Of a DNA stretch of 64,000 bases, positions 30,823 through 45,124 are shown one piece after another. Made by a program: the position numbers and the translations under genes. The notes beneath the pieces were generated by a model, which made no database searches, was not told the DNA's origin, and saw only the letters and a program-made list of their open reading frames with translations. Positions within the stretch are counted from its first letter, which is position 1. Every line of letters starts with the position of its first letter. Source of the stretch: Azolla caroliniana (lineage: Eukaryota; Plantae; Polypodiophyta); assembly GCA_043228905.1 (NCBI GenBank), contig JBHGNT010000007.1, forward strand, positions 16,802,001 to 16,866,000, given 5' to 3'.

Positions 30823-33800
30823 TGTTGGAGGGTGGCAGCTCCAGACCTGCACTCTCTTTCATATTTATTATCTTTGTACTACATTCTCTCTTTTCTTAGA
30901 TTCTTCTCTCTCTAGAATCTGCAACTCTTTAAATGCCTTCTCGCTCTAGAATCTGCAATGCTTTAAATGCCTTTTCTCTCTTCTACCTTTTCCAAGATAT
31001 TCCCTTTTATTCCTAGTTTTTTGTAGCTGTTTGGTAGTACAAGAGTCACTTAACTACCAAACAGCCATTTCACCCACATTCCCCAATTTTGTATAAATAG
31101 GCTATACCAGCCTCTTTTGTATAGTTTTCCTTTTCTTTTTTGCCACTTAAAAACAAGCTCTATTCCTTGGTTGTGTCTTTGCTCTTTGCAACCCTTTTTT
31201 TTACTGCTGTCTAACAGCCTTCTCACAGCTTGGCTGTGCCTATTTTGTTTTAAGTCTTCCGCTGCTGCTATTAACAGCTTTTCTCACATGGTATCAGAGC
31301 AGTGAGGTCTCCATATCCTCAGCCTGATTTATTTTTTTTGCCAAAGAGCACATAGACATATCTTCTTTTATCCCTCCCTCCCAACCCTACAGAGGAGGCT
31401 CTTCTGTTTTCTTTTCCCCTTATCTGAGCCTCACCTAGCATCTAGGGAGAAGTAGAAAGACCCTGAGTATCTACTTACAACTGCTGTAAATTGTCCAGCT
31501 GTAGCTCAAGAGGAGGATATCCATGGCCTCACATGCCACCATTGTTTCATCAACCATTCCCCAACTCCCCAAAGAATCCATCTTGGATGGGAACAATTAC
31601 TTGGATTGGGAGCTACAAATAAAGACCTTGCTACAATACCATCGTTTATGGAATGTAGTCAATGGTAGTGACAAGAAACCACCAGTAACTTCATCCTCTT
31701 CAACCAAATCAGTTGCTGGCTCATCTAACGCTGAGATTGAAGCTTGGCTAGATAAGGATTCTCGTGCTCATGCTTTCCTCATGTTTAATATTAAACCGAG
31801 CATCGCTCGTCAATTTCAAGATAAAGATGACGAGACAGCCAATGAACTATGGACAGCCATCAAAAGGAGGTATCATCAAGCTAATCATGCTCAAATGATA
31901 GCTATTGAAAGCCAACTAGCAAATCTCAAGATTCATGACACTCCCAACATCATGGATCAAATAACGGAATTTGTCACTCTCCAAAAGGAACTAGTTTCTT
32001 TGGGAAGCAAGTCCACTAAAGTTGAGTTTGTGCATCGTCTAATGATAAAGTTGCCTGAGTCATTCTCAGCCTTTTGTGACACCATTTCTCTTCTTCCCAA
32101 CACACCTGACATGAATACATTTCTTGGTATGCTACAAGATAGGGCAACAAGGAAGAAAAGTGCTCAAACTTCCAATGAGACGCTTCTACATGCGACAAGT
32201 AAAGGCAAGTGGAAGCAAAATGGTAACTCCTACAACAAACCCAATCCAAGACCGCCAAACAACCCAGCTTACAAGGAGCTCACTTGTCATTATTGTGGCT
32301 ACAAAGGTCACATTCAGCCAGATTGTCGAAAAAAGAAAAGGGACAATGCTAAGAACTCTTCTTCTACCAGAAATCAACCTACACTGAAATCCAACTCGGC
32401 CCACTCAGCCAAAGAAACAGTTTTCCTTGGCATTGAGGAACATACTTCACATTTGGCTGGACCAACTACTTCAACCATCGATGAGTGGTTAGTAGATAGT
32501 GGTGCCACTTCACACATGACCTATGACAAATCCATTTTGCATGATGTGAAGCCTAGCTTTTCCCAAATCTCTACAGGAGATGCCTCAAGCATTGAGGCTT
32601 CATGTGTGGGTAATGTGTTTCTTGACAATTCTTCAAGTGAAGAACCTGTCGTTCTTCAAGATGTGCTACATGTGCCTCGCATCTCTACCAACCTACTTTC
32701 GGTTTACAAAATCACCAAGCAAGGTTATGGAGTCTACTTTGATAGCTCAGGTTTGGAAGTGATTGACACCAACAGCCTACAAATTGTAGCTAGTGGCACA
32801 CAAGAAGGGGGTTTATATCGCCTAAAAAGCTCCCATAGCCCCTTGGAAAACTCCAAATCTCGTCTTCTTCATCTTCTTCAAGGGTCTCATGCCTTGGTGG
32901 CACAAGAAGATCCCACGTTGTGGCATGCTAGGTTTGGTCATCCCAACTATGATTCTCTTCAAAAGCTCTCCTCCTCCCAACTAGTTGAGGATCTTCCTAT
33001 TTTCAAATCTCCCAATACCCCATGTGTTGCTTGTCTTCATGGCAAGCAACATCGACAGCCTTTCCCTCATGAAGCCACTCATCGAGCAACATCTATCTTG
33101 GAGTTAGTGCACATGGATCTTTGTGGTCCCATGAAAACCACTACTCTTGGTGGTGCACACTACTTCATGCTTATAATTGATGACTTCTCCCGCAAGGTTT
33201 GGGTTTATTTTCTTGTGGAAAAATCCCAAGCCTTCGCAAAATTTCAAGAATGGGTAGCTCTTGTGGAGAACGAGACATCGAAGAAAGTTCAAAAGATCAG
33301 GTCGGACAATGGTGGAGAGTTTATCTCCAAAGCTTTCCACCATTTCTGCTCTCAACGAGGCATTGCTCGCCAATTTTCTACACCCAATACTCCTCAACAA
33401 AATGGAGTCGTGGAAAGGAAGAACCGGACAGTCCAAGAGATGGCTCGTACGATGCTATCTCAATCTGATCTTCCTCTCTTGTTTTGGGGTGAAGCTGTCA
33501 ACACAGCAGTCTACATCATCAACTGCTACCCAACAAAAGCAGTTGCTAGAATGACGCTTGAAGAAGCATTTACAGGTGTAAAGCCCTCAGTATCTCATTT
33601 TAAAGTCTTTGGTTGTGATGCTTATGTTCACATTTCAGATCATAAAAGGACGAAATTTGAGTCCAAAACCAAGAAATGCAAATTTCTTGGTTACAGCACA
33701 CAATCTAAAGCATACAGGTTATGGGATTTAGAGTCAAAGTTCCTAGTCATATCTAGGGATGTTCATTTTGTGGAGTCTCAGCCGGATGACTCTAGGATTT

Positions 33801-34514
33801 TACCTGAGTTCATGGTTGAAATCCAAGCTCCTCCGGAATCTCCTATTTTAGATGAAGATGTCTCATCTTCAAGCCCCCCATCTCCTCCTACTCAATCTCT
33901 AACTTCGCCAACAATTCAAACCTCTCCCTCAACTCCACTTGTTTCCACTCCCTCTACAAACCAGCTTCCACCACTTCCCAAGTGGCTTCAAGCCACCATT
34001 CGTGATTCTCATCTCTCCGATGCTGAACTTCATGAGTATACATCTGGTTCTCGAACACGTAAGTCACAACGGCCTCTTCACTCATGCAACTTTGCCTTAT
34101 TGTGCACTGTTGTGCAATCAAAAGAACCCACAACAGCAAAAGAGGCCCTTGTTCTTCCAAAGTGGAAAGCAGCAATGGAAGTTGAACTTGATTCCATTGA
34201 GCGGAATCATACATGGGAGCTGGTCCCACGGCCTCCACATCGACAAGTCATTGGATTGAAATGGATTTTCAAGACCAAATACCATGCTGATGGTGCTTTG
34301 GATAAGCACAAGGCACGTTTAGTGGCAAAAGGCTACTCACAAGTTGAAGGAGTGGATTATGAGGAAACTTTTGCTCCAACAGCAAGGTACACATCTATCC
34401 GATGTGCGCTTGCACTTGCTGCTCACAACAAATGGGCCATTTTTCAAATGGATGTCAAGTCAACCTTCCTTAACGGTGACTTGAAAGAGGAGGTTTATGT
34501 TGAACAGCCTCCAG
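30823..34514 (+). mobile_element. Ty1/copia element truncated within RT; 5' LTR ~30823-31288, PBS 31289-31300
   Basis: TG...CA LTR with TATAAATA followed by TGGTATCAGAGC; no RNase H, PPT or 3' LTR found. Confidence 0.9.
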
Positions 34515-34561
34515 ATGCAAGGAGCAAAAGCTTGAGAGAGAGAGAGAGAGAGAGCGCATGA
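31523..34561 (+). CDS. Copia gag-PR-IN-partial RT polyprotein
   Basis: [64 protein letters not shown]; homology ends at EQPP. Confidence 0.9.
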   Translation: MASHATIVSSTIPQLPKESILDGNNYLDWELQIKTLLQYHRLWNVVNGSDKKPPVTSSSSTKSVAGSSNAEIEAWLDKDSRAHAFLMFNIKPSIARQFQDKDDETANELWTAIKRRYHQANHAQMIAIESQLANLKIHDTPNIMDQITEFVTLQKELVSLGSKSTKVEFVHRLMIKLPESFSAFCDTISLLPNTPDMNTFLGMLQDRATRKKSAQTSNETLLHATSKGKWKQNGNSYNKPNPRPPNNPAYKELTCHYCGYKGHIQPDCRKKKRDNAKNSSSTRNQPTLKSNSAHSAKETVFLGIEEHTSHLAGPTTSTIDEWLVDSGATSHMTYDKSILHDVKPSFSQISTGDASSIEASCVGNVFLDNSSSEEPVVLQDVLHVPRISTNLLSVYKITKQGYGVYFDSSGLEVIDTNSLQIVASGTQEGGLYRLKSSHSPLENSKSRLLHLLQGSHALVAQEDPTLWHARFGHPNYDSLQKLSSSQLVEDLPIFKSPNTPCVACLHGKQHRQPFPHEATHRATSILELVHMDLCGPMKTTTLGGAHYFMLIIDDFSRKVWVYFLVEKSQAFAKFQEWVALVENETSKKVQKIRSDNGGEFISKAFHHFCSQRGIARQFSTPNTPQQNGVVERKNRTVQEMARTMLSQSDLPLLFWGEAVNTAVYIINCYPTKAVARMTLEEAFTGVKPSVSHFKVFGCDAYVHISDHKRTKFESKTKKCKFLGYSTQSKAYRLWDLESKFLVISRDVHFVESQPDDSRILPEFMVEIQAPPESPILDEDVSSSSPPSPPTQSLTSPTIQTSPSTPLVSTPSTNQLPPLPKWLQATIRDSHLSDAELHEYTSGSRTRKSQRPLHSCNFALLCTVVQSKEPTTAKEALVLPKWKAAMEVELDSIERNHTWELVPRPPHRQVIGLKWIFKTKYHADGALDKHKARLVAKGYSQVEGVDYEETFAPTARYTSIRCALALAAHNKWAIFQMDVKSTFLNGDLKEEVYVEQPPDARSKSLRERERESA

Positions 34562-34569
34562 GGTTTGGA

Positions 34570-34860
34570 GGGTTGTGTTAATTGAACAATGGGATGTTTA
34601 TGTGCATTGGTGCATAAAGATCCTCGTAATGTTGGATTAGTTGGTTGTTCTCAAAGTTATACACCATGTTATGTTGGCAATGTTCAAGGGGATTCGTACG
34701 GGATTGTGATGTTTATTAGAGACAAATTTCACCCAAAAGTAATTGTTTAGGATAAGTTTGGAAGATTTATAGTGGTTGAGATATGTAAGGAAGGGCAAGT
34801 TCTTTAGTTAGTTAGCGTGCATCTAATGTTTCACAAGAATGGGACTTATTATGAAGATCA
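34570..34860 (+). pseudogene. Possible decayed LINE endonuclease fragment
   Basis: Translates in part as GIVMFIRDKFHPKVIV*DKFGRFIVVEI, reminiscent of L1 APE domains; judged by eye only. Confidence 0.35.
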
Positions 34861-36134
34861 TAGTCTGCCAAGTTTACACACACAAACAAGAATAGACCCA
34901 ACAAATTCCAAAACATAACCAAAAGTAAAGCAAGGAGATGGAAAACTCGACACAAGAACAAGAAACAAAAAGAAAACAAGGCAACGAACAAGGAAACAAT
35001 AGAAGGGACAAACACATCAAACAAGAGAGAATGCACCAAAATAGAGGGATACATTAGTCTTTGAAACACACCAGGAAGAAGGAAAACATTCCCCTCCACA
35101 TGAGAGAGGTTCCATTTGAAGATATAAAAGATTTCAATCTATGATTATACAAAAGCCAAGGACAAGCCTCTCTCATTATCTCTTTCTTTGTTTCTCCTTC
35201 TTTGCCACACCATTTCTAGAGTATCTTAAAATGGTGTGACAAAGCTACAATTAATTTATCTGTAAGCTACAGTTAATTTATAACAATTGATTGTAAGTTA
35301 CAACACTAATGATAGACTTTGATGATCTCCTCTCATCCAAACTAATTCATTATACATATATGAACACACACACATTGTAAGATTTACCCTAACCTTTGTT
35401 TTCTAAAACTTGAAATTTCAATGAAACAACCAAGTGTGCTGAATTTAACAATAGTTAGCATGAAATTGACCAATAAACCTTGTTATGTTTAAGACATTTT
35501 GCTTGAAATTTTCGTGGCCATATTTTATAGTTAAGTTCCCAAGGTTCCATTCTCTTGAATAGAATGGAATAAAATATAAGTTTATATTATATTAGTGGGC
35601 ATCAATCCACTAAACAAGACCAATTTTGAAGAGGCTATGTGGAGCAAACACTTTGAAGCTTGGAAGGATACGAAGAATAGAAGAATTGGATCATAAATGA
35701 CAACATGACATTAATCAATGAATATGCCATGACATATGTGTAGAAATATCATATTTCTATAATATTATGTTTTTTCGAGATAGATTATATCATCATCGTA
35801 ATGTTATGAAGTTTTTGAGTAAATCTTACATGTTTTTTTCTTATAGCAAGTTATGGAAAAACATGCATATGACCTTTTTTATAGTATTATGTGAATTACT
35901 CCATAACATGTATGTAGATTGAGAGGAGATTTGATTTGGAAATGCTCGCAATTGAGCTCTATAGGCACCTTGTCCCCATAGAAGTTACGGTTATGTTGCT
36001 TAGTCTTACAACACATTATATAGTTAACCTTGTCATAAGATACTAAATAAGGGTCTTTTGTATTCATGAGTTGGTTTTAAATATGTATTACCATTTATAG
36101 ATGAGATGGAGAAATTTTATAAGCGTCCCTAGAG

Positions 36135-36594
36135 GTAACAATCGGCAATGGTTCAATTCAGTTCGAGGTGTCAAAACTGAACCGTTTAAATTTTTTGAAA
36201 CTTGAACCAAACTGAACCACGAAACCGTTAAACCAAAATTGTTTAAACCGAATCATTAAGTAAAAATCCAAATTGTTAAACCACTAAACCGTTAAATCCA
36301 TAGTTTCATGGTTCGATTTCGGTTTCCAACTTAGGTCAAATTTCAAATTTCAATTTAAAACTTTTCATTATTTCAAATTTTAATTTTCAAAAGTTTAAAG
36401 TTTTTTCCTAAAAGGTGAGAATTATGCTTAAATAAAAAGGTTGTTTAAAAAAAATATTTAAAAACCATTAAACTGTTCAAACTGAACCATTTGGAAAAAA
36501 CTTGAACTTGAACCGAACTGAACCGTTTAAACCGTTAAGTCATGGTTTCACAGTTTGGTTCGGTTTGAACGGTTTGATGGTTGTCGATTGTTAC
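36135..36594. mobile_element. MITE, hAT-like
   Basis: TIRs GTAACAATCGGCAA / TTGTCGATTGTTAC; many subterminal AACCG/CGGTT motifs; flanked by a CTAGAG direct repeat. Confidence 0.75.
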
Positions 36595-38182
36595 CTAGAG
36601 ATCAAATGCGAAGGATTAGTGACCTTCAATATGTGCATATGTGAAGGTGGATGGAAATAGAGAAGGCAGTGGAGGTGGACGAGACGGAAATCACAATGAT
36701 TGCAACAGAAACCATTTTGGGAGTTTCAAGTTAAAATGGGGGCTATTTTGGTATATTCCCCCTACAATCACACTTTGAATTTCATGAAACAAATGAATGG
36801 TGGGAGATCCATGTCCTTCGAATTAAATGTGTCATTTAGGACTACTTTTCGACGACGAGTATGTACTATCTCTTTCCCTTGTTCAACTTGCAAGTTGCTC
36901 CAACCTCTTCCTTCAAGTTCTCTAAGGCCAAGCCATATAAAGCAACTTCATCTTTAAACCATCATGTCATTGTCTACTCGACTTGTCTGTTGCTTTTTTG
37001 TAAACATACGCTTTTTGTCCACATCAATGCCTTTTGGGGATTTCATTAGACGACGAAATCGACTTTACAATCATGCGTGCCTTGTCGAAATTCTTGTCTT
37101 CATAAAGTATTGAAGAATCTTAATATCAATTACTTTATCTAGTTATAACAACCTATAGACACGATATTGCGGAAAGACCTTTAAACAAATTACATCACAG
37201 ATGATGTGTAGCAAGCATTGTCACATCCATGTTATCGTAATGTTGTATAAGATAATTGTATTTGATGAAAATACTATATCATTCAAAAAATAGAGAAATC
37301 TAAGTGACAACATGGGTGGGCTCTTACCTTGTGAGCTACATGCTTGAAAGTCAAGTTCAACCCCGGTTGTTGGCATTCCCTTCATTGTAACAAAAAAAAG
37401 GAAACAAAGAAGACATAAATGTACTCAATCCCTATTTAGAGAGAGAGAGAGAGAGAGATAATTACAAATAGAACCTTTTCGTGTCCAAAAAGGGATCAAT
37501 CTTGGCACATGGGACCTAAATACACAAAATTTCTTGGTGTCCCTCCTTCCTAAGAAGAGATGTTCATGTGGAACAAAAAGAATCTGTGTGTGAATAATAC
37601 ACTCATGGCACGCAACGACTTGGATCGATCTCTCGATTGATAGTTGGACGAACGCCTTCAATGCAGACAGTTGGTGCTATGAATGCACAATAGGTGAACT
37701 CCTCAAGACCCGATTTGAGAGAAGCTTGATGGCTACATCCCTTGGTTCGAGGAGATTTGGATGTTGATCGCAGGCTTCACCCTGTGGTATGTATGGAAAG
37801 CACTCTAGCTAAAGGTCTTCCAAGATTTGGTACGCCCCAGGGAGGAATTGATCACGTACTAGACGGTGATAAAGGGATCTAGTTTATAGCTATAGGTACC
37901 TACTTACATTAAGTAGTCAGTTTGAAAGGATATGTACGTAGTCTCATATTCTTGAACTCGATTGGAGGGTGATTCCCCGATTTATGTATAACCTTGTATA
38001 GTCTTTCTGTAATGATCTCTCCTAACTAATGGGAAAGTAGCCTCTTTTTGGAAATAAATAATACGCTCATATACAAAATCAGCCTTCTAGATGGCGCTTT
38101 AAGGATCACATCCAAGTCACCATACCCTCATAATATATCATCAAATGTCTCACGCAGTGTTACAGTAGCATATGTTGAGATT

Positions 38183-38221
<39 letters not shown>

Positions 38222-39309
38222 TTTCATGCTCAATGACAATGATGGTTTTTAGTGTTGATGTCTCTAACTGGAGTAAGCCTATCTTCCTTTAGTTGGGGTT
38301 TTGCACATATGGAGAACAATGAACCAATGACTCATTTTCAAATTATTTTTGCGTACTTGAGGTATTGGGGACTATGATTCAATTGGAATATGCGGAATGC
38401 CTTCACTTTTAATTCACAAGTTGGGGTGAGAAAATACGTTCTCAAGTTAAAAGGACTTCTTTTGTTGCAATTGACAATGCTAGAGAAGTCACAAAATTTG
38501 AACCATGAAGAGAGAGAACTCCACAAGGTCACATATCCATATTCGCCATTTGAATTGGTGTGTAGGGTGGCATTGAGTTTGGAGTTGTAGTAGTCTTTAG
38601 ATCCCTAGATACAAGGGTTCTATACTTTGTAAATAGTCATGAAAGCCATTATTTAAGATGTACATAATCTTCAAAAATCAAAAGCATGAGGTGCCCTCAA
38701 CCTTAAAATGAAAGCATTGCCATTAAGAGAAAATAAGATATAAGTCTACACAATTTTTACTAAGGTCTTATTTTTTTAATGCAGTAAAACCAAACTATAC
38801 AAAACCCCTATCAAACATTGTTAAACCAAAGCAAACAATTTCACCTACAGTTTGTTGTCATTGCTCTCTCTCAATAATATTGGGGGAAATCATGTTGACA
38901 GAAAAATACCATTTCTATATGTGGACATCATATAGGGGGATCTAAAGTTTACAAATACATCGAGAAGACAAGAAACCAAACCAGATAAACTCTTTCTTTA
39001 TTTTTGTATTTTGTTTTGCATTGTAGCAAGCATGTCCTAAAGAATAAAGGTAATTGCATTGCCCTAGGGCATAGATCTTAAATGTCTTGCTAAGGTTTTT
39101 TCTTAACTTATGATATCTTGGTAAGACTTCGACCCTCACTATCATGAACAACGAGTATTAATCATTGGAAAATTTGGGAAATTCCATATATTTAGAAGTT
39201 TCCTAAAATATGATGAAGATTAATGGCTATTCCCAAATTGAGATGTCTCCACTCTTATTTTTAATCAAAAGGCTAATCTTTGGATTTTTATGGAGATGGC
39301 GTGCATTTA

Positions 39310-39775
39310 TCCTCCAACTTGTTTATCTTCTCAACAAGCTTTTGAGCCACTTCTTTCGTGTCCCAAAAACTACGCAATTATGATTCAACTTGCTTAGCTT
39401 CCTAACAAGTTACTTTCGTGTTTGAACATAACCAGGTATCCGTCAACTTGGCGAACTTAACGACAAGCTAATAAGCCTCTTCTTTTATGTTCCTGAAAGT
39501 AAGCAATTGCTCTTCAACTTGCTTAGCTTGCCAACGGGCTACTTCTTTCGTGTTCTTGAAAGTAACAGTGTATCCGTCAACTTGGTGAGCATACCGACAA
39601 GCTAATGCACCACTTCTTTTGTGATCACAAAATGTATGTGTTTGTCCTTCAACTTGCATACCTCCTACCAATTGAACTTGCTATTTCTTTCATGTTCCGA
39701 AAGCAAGTTCCTATCCTTCAACTTGTTAGCTTTCCGACAAGCTAACTCACCACTTCTTTCATGTTCTCAAAAGTG
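39310..39775. repeat. Degenerate tandem repeat with recurring TCAACTTG...CACTTCTTTCGTG motifs
   Basis: About 6-7 diverged units of roughly 55-70 bp. Confidence 0.55.
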
Positions 39776-41423
39776 AACATTGTCGTTTTTAATGTTTCCA
39801 CAGGTAGTGGCGACCTAGTTGGGTTTATTGGACATCCTTAGCTTGGTTGCCGACATATTGTCATCGCTTAATCAAAATTGACATACCTATATCGTATACG
39901 AGGCTAACGTTAGAATACTCTTACACCATTGAAAAGTAATAATATTAGGCGCGCATTTTTACACAATGTCTCTTTATCATTATAAAAAATGACATATAAT
40001 AGCATCTCATATATACTAGTTCATGTTGAATATGTTAAATGTTTTCCTCTTCATTAGGAAAAAATATTTGTTACATAACTAAGTTGCATACTATGACACT
40101 AGGCATCATTTCATGCTTCGATGGAGTCAAACAAATCATAAATAACCTTATTCAACATAGAGTTTACTCAAGAAAATGTCTAAGACTCTAATTGTGGTTT
40201 GTAGTAAATAAATAAAAAGCAAGACTACAACATAGGTGGAACTTCCTGGTTGGAAATATTTCTAGGAAGCATTAGATCTTTACCTAAATATATAGAAACA
40301 TTACACCATCATCATAAAAATTGTGGTATATCTCAAACTTTGGCATTGTTTCATGCATGAAAAGGGAACATAAGCTATGAATCAAACCAACTTTTCCCCG
40401 AGAGTGAAAAAAGAAAGAGACCAAATTAGGGCCTTTTGAAGAACTGAATGGGTAGTAAAACCATCTACATAGGTGTGCTTTTTGAGCTCATACAACATAA
40501 ATACAAAACAAATGAGATTCGCAAACTGTGCTCCTCAACTCCTTTCAAATGTTAAGTGACTTAAATTCAAAAAGTTATAAAGGAAGGCTTTTGCAAATAT
40601 CTTTGTGGTGTATGAAAAGACGGAAGTGGGGTCTGACTGACGGACGGATGAGTGTGCAACTTGTTGACATGATTGCAAAGAGGATAGACAGATGGATAAC
40701 GCGGTATAAACACACACATACCTCCAATAAAGTGGGCAAACACGACAAGGGCTCTAATAAAAGGGCAAACAGAATTCAAGCAATATAGAATGCACACAAA
40801 CACATTAGATTTATAATATAAAAGCCACGAACAACAATTAGACTCTACAACACAATCCTTCCGATCAGAACATAATTGTTCTCAATCCTTATGTATCATT
40901 CCATCTCAACTTGAGAATATTCTACAACACTAAGAGTAATACAAAGTCTCTCTTTCTATCTATCTAGTTAGAGAGAAAGGAACTTGGCTATTTTTAGAGA
41001 AACGTTTCTCTCTTGGGAAGCCTTCTTCTATTCTTACCTCTACTTCTTTTATCTCTACTCGAAAAACCAAGTTCCTCTTGTGTCATCACCTTATCAACAA
41101 CAGCCAACAAAGGTATCTCTTCTACTTTTGAGCACAACTTTCCCTTTGAGGAAACCTTAGTTGTCTGCCCCATCTTCTCGTCCACCTCTTATGGGAAATC
41201 TCTCGACTCATCCACCTCTATTCTTCTTTCTCTTTGGGGAAACCATGGATAGGTGTTTAGTGACAAAAGTGGTGAGCCTTTGAGTTACCTCCCCCTTCTT
41301 AGAGTCAAAACCTAACATAACATAACTACAACTACTAGTAGTTAGTACTAGTTAGGAGTAGTTGTAGTAGTAGTAGTAGAAGAAGAAGAAGAGCAAGGAG
41401 CTTGGTGGTTTTTTTTGAGAAAA

Positions 41424-42113
41424 ATGAAGGTCAACACCAAGGGAAAGGATCCTTCTAAATCCTCCCCCCTACGAGGTAGACGATTGGCGGCAGCTGGCGG
41501 GCCTATTCCAGCTTGTCCACACTCACATGACCCGCGGTTCACGGGTGTCCGCCTACGCTCATGGGGGCGGTGGGTGTCGGAGATCCGGCTCCCGTGCAGC
41601 CGGGAGCGCGTGTGGCTCGGGTCCTTCGGCACGGCCAAGATGGCGGCATGTGCTTTCGATGTGGCATCCATCGCGCTCCGCGGCCGCCGTGCGCGCCGCC
41701 TCAATTTCCCCCACCTAAGCCACCACATAACCCACCTCCTCCACATTAGTGACCACCATGGCTGGTGCCAAGCTCATGTCCATGAGAACCCCCATTCTTT
41801 CAAACACAAGATACGCGCCATTGCGGCCGCCGCCATGGCATTGGGAGGAGGCTTCAATGATCCCCTCCTGCTCCGCCCCGACTCACCCCCGAGTAATTCG
41901 ATCGAATCTCAAATCTACATCAAAGATGAGGGGGGTTTCGTGTCATCCGATAGTTCTTCTTCGGTCGAGGAGGAGGAGGAGGAGGAGGAAGAGGAAGAGG
42001 AAGAGGAGGAGGAAGAGGAAAATGTGGTGATAATGGTGGATCTGCAGATGTGGGAGGCAGATCTGGTGACATTGCGCGAGCTCGAATCCGACCTCGCCTC
42101 CAATCTCATCTAA
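41424..42113 (+). CDS. AP2/ERF transcription factor, DREB group II-like, with poly-Glu tract
   Basis: FTGVRLRSWGRWVSEIRLPCSRERVWLGSFGTAKMAACAFD...LNFP; first ATG at 41424. Confidence 0.9.
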   Translation: MKVNTKGKDPSKSSPLRGRRLAAAGGPIPACPHSHDPRFTGVRLRSWGRWVSEIRLPCSRERVWLGSFGTAKMAACAFDVASIALRGRRARRLNFPHLSHHITHLLHISDHHGWCQAHVHENPHSFKHKIRAIAAAAMALGGGFNDPLLLRPDSPPSNSIESQIYIKDEGGFVSSDSSSSVEEEEEEEEEEEEEEEEEENVVIMVDLQMWEADLVTLRELESDLASNLI

Positions 42114-42509
42114 AAAATCTTACAAACCACAATTATATACATATACATACATCGATATACATATAAATACTTCATCATGAGAGGCAATTTCAAGACATTG
42201 GACATCTGATTTTTAAGTCATGTGCATATGCCCCTCCATGTCCATCCTTCATGCTGGTGGAGCTGCCCCTGTAACCTGCTAATCCATGATGATGATGATG
42301 ATAGACTTTGATCCTATGCATCAATATGTGTATGCCTGAATTGCGAACATGCCGCCATGGTTATATGATTCGATGCTTGCCATCGAAAAACCCCGAAATG
42401 GCGGTCATTCCCCATGGCCTTCAAACCTAATTGTTGATGCCTGCCTCCCTGCTACTGCCATTGAAGAGTGCCCCATGTTTCCATGGCTCCGGTGGTGCCG
42501 TGGCCACTA

Positions 42510-42890
42510 GGTCGGACTAGAAATGTTGGTCACGAACTCGGATCGGGCCAGAAGTGTTGGTCATGAACTCGGGTCCGGCTAGAGGTGTTGGTCACGAACT
42601 CGGGTCGGGCTAGAAGTGTTGGTCACGAACTCGGGTCGGGCTAGAGGTGTTTAGGGAAGTGTTGGTCATGAACTCGGATCCGGCTAGAGGTGTTGGTCAC
42701 GAACTCGGGTCCGGCTAGAGGTGTTGGTCACGAACTCGGGTCGGGCTAGAAGAGTTGGTCACGAACTCGGGTTGGGCTAGAGGCGTTGGTCACGAACTCG
42801 GCGTGCTAGAAGTGTTGGTCACAAGCTCGGTTGGGCTAGAAGTGTTGGTTATGGGCTCGGCCCAGAAGTGTTGGTCATGAACTCAGCCTA
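42510..42890. repeat. 31-bp minisatellite, about 12 copies
   Basis: Unit CTAGAGGTGTTGGTCACGAACTCGGGTCGGG. Confidence 0.92.
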
Positions 42891-45124
42891 GTAAGTGTCA
42901 ATGTGCTCGATACTCTTGACTCTATAATCCTACCGGATAAACTTTGCGAGTTTATGTAGTCTTTGGATGAGCGCAACGGTGCGTCCGATTTTCACCGATA
43001 ATTTGGAAACTTCGGAGACCTACACATGACCCTCTAAGATCGTCGGCCTCGTTGTAGTGTCATTGCCCCCAACAATCAAGGTTTTATGCAAATTATTCGG
43101 GCTATGAAACTGTTGAAATCCAACTCGAGCTTGTTGTGGGCTTCACCACATACCTATGAACACTCACACTATTACACACCAATATTATCAAGCTTTGTTA
43201 CCTCTCGGAATTGCATATAGTAATCAACACACAACAAGAATTTGGGCAAACACCTTGTGGACTTCATGACCAATGTATCATCCTCAAGATAATAGAACAT
43301 ACAAAAGAAAAATGTGCTTTTCGATGCATAGAGTTATTGGTTTCCTATGATTGCCCTTTGGACATAACAAATGTCGGTGTACCATTATGGTTTTTGCAAT
43401 GAAGTAATGACGCTTATATAAAGCAAATCGTTGAACTTCCTCTTAAACAAGGAACACACATCGATGGATACATATCAAAGGGGTCTTTAAAAACTAACAG
43501 TGATCGTGTTAGGCTTCATACTTGGTCCTTTTTAGTCTTTATGGACTTTGTATTTCCATTTGTGCATACTACAAATCCTAATATGAACATTAAGTCATCG
43601 ATGTTGGCATCAAGAACTTATGATACATATATTATGCTAATTAATGCATCTCAAATAGATTTCAAGCAAAACTAGGGGATGACTAAATTGATTGACTTCA
43701 AAGAAGATGTTGTATAATGAATGAGTTCTCACCATGATATCAACAAAGTCAAATGTTCCCATAGGTGCACAATGAAAAGGGAGGAGTAAATTAATTGTTC
43801 GTTATAGAAGAAATTGTTTAGGAATGAGTTTTGACCACAGTGTCAACAATGTTGAGTGTTCCCACATGCACACCATGAAAAGGTTACATTAACGATTTTG
43901 AAGAGATATGTGATTCAGGCCTAGATTGGCATTCAAAAAAATATCATCATTTTTTGACATAATTTATACTACCGCTCCAACTTGTCAAATGTTGCCATCT
44001 CGAATTTTCTCGAAGACGAGTGAATTAAAACAACCTTTTTGTTCCCAAACAATATTTGTCCACATCAATGGCTTTGGAGGAATGCATCAGATGATTGGTG
44101 TGCACTATACACTTGATAGTTTTAAAATCAAGTGCGCGCTTAAATGATCGGAGAATATATTTGACTATCAATAGACGTCAACGACTCCTATATGTCATTA
44201 ATTTCACATTACATACACAAGGTTTAGAAACACTCCACTGTCTACAAAAAAACACGTTAGTTGTCCTCAAATAACTCAAGCCTCAAATTCTAAAAGAAAC
44301 ATAAGAAATATTGTGACGGTCATTTCATGTCCACAACCTAAATATATGCCAAATGGTCCCTAGTTTGTAAGGTTCTAAATGTCACATTGCTCTTTTGGCA
44401 TGACAAAAAGTAGCCATAAATAAGTGGCAATTAATGTGTTTTGCAAAGATTATTTTGAAACCAAATTATAATGTTTGAACAAGAATTGGCCACAAATATT
44501 GATAATTTGAGTATATCAATAGTGTTTATAAGAGGTAGTTGCACGTCGATTCCGCAAATTATAAATATGCAAGCTGATTTTTTGCTAGTCAATTTGTGGC
44601 AATTAAAAATTAAGGAGGCCTTTCGATGTGCAAAAGGGGCAATCCACAAAGAGAGTTGCAATCAACGTCGAGGGGACAAGTCTAAATAAAGCCTTTTCAG
44701 GCATGACGAGTCATATGTGGAAACTTTAAAAAAAGGAACGGTTGCAGATGAAATTCGAAACAATGGAGAGGTCTCAGGATAGAACAACATTGTGTTTTCC
44801 TTTCCCTTTTTTATTTTTCTTTTCGGGTTGCATATTTGCGTGTCGTGTGTGAATGGGAACTTGTTGCTTCGACAAGGACATGAGGGCCGTGTACGCGCAA
44901 GTTGATGTCTCCTAGAGATCGCGCCATAAAACCACACTTACTCACTTACTTAACACACAAACACACTCACTCACTCACTCACTCTATGCTTTTTAAGAGA
45001 TTATTAAACCCCCACAAAGTAGTAGTGTCACCAAACATTTCTTTACCTTTTGAACATCTCATCTCATCCCCATTCACACATTACTTTTTGACATACAAAA
45101 GAACACTCTTTCTTTGGATTAGAC

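Noticed and set aside
42510-42890. 31-bp repeat as a CRISPR array
   Set aside because: Head-to-tail repeats without spacers
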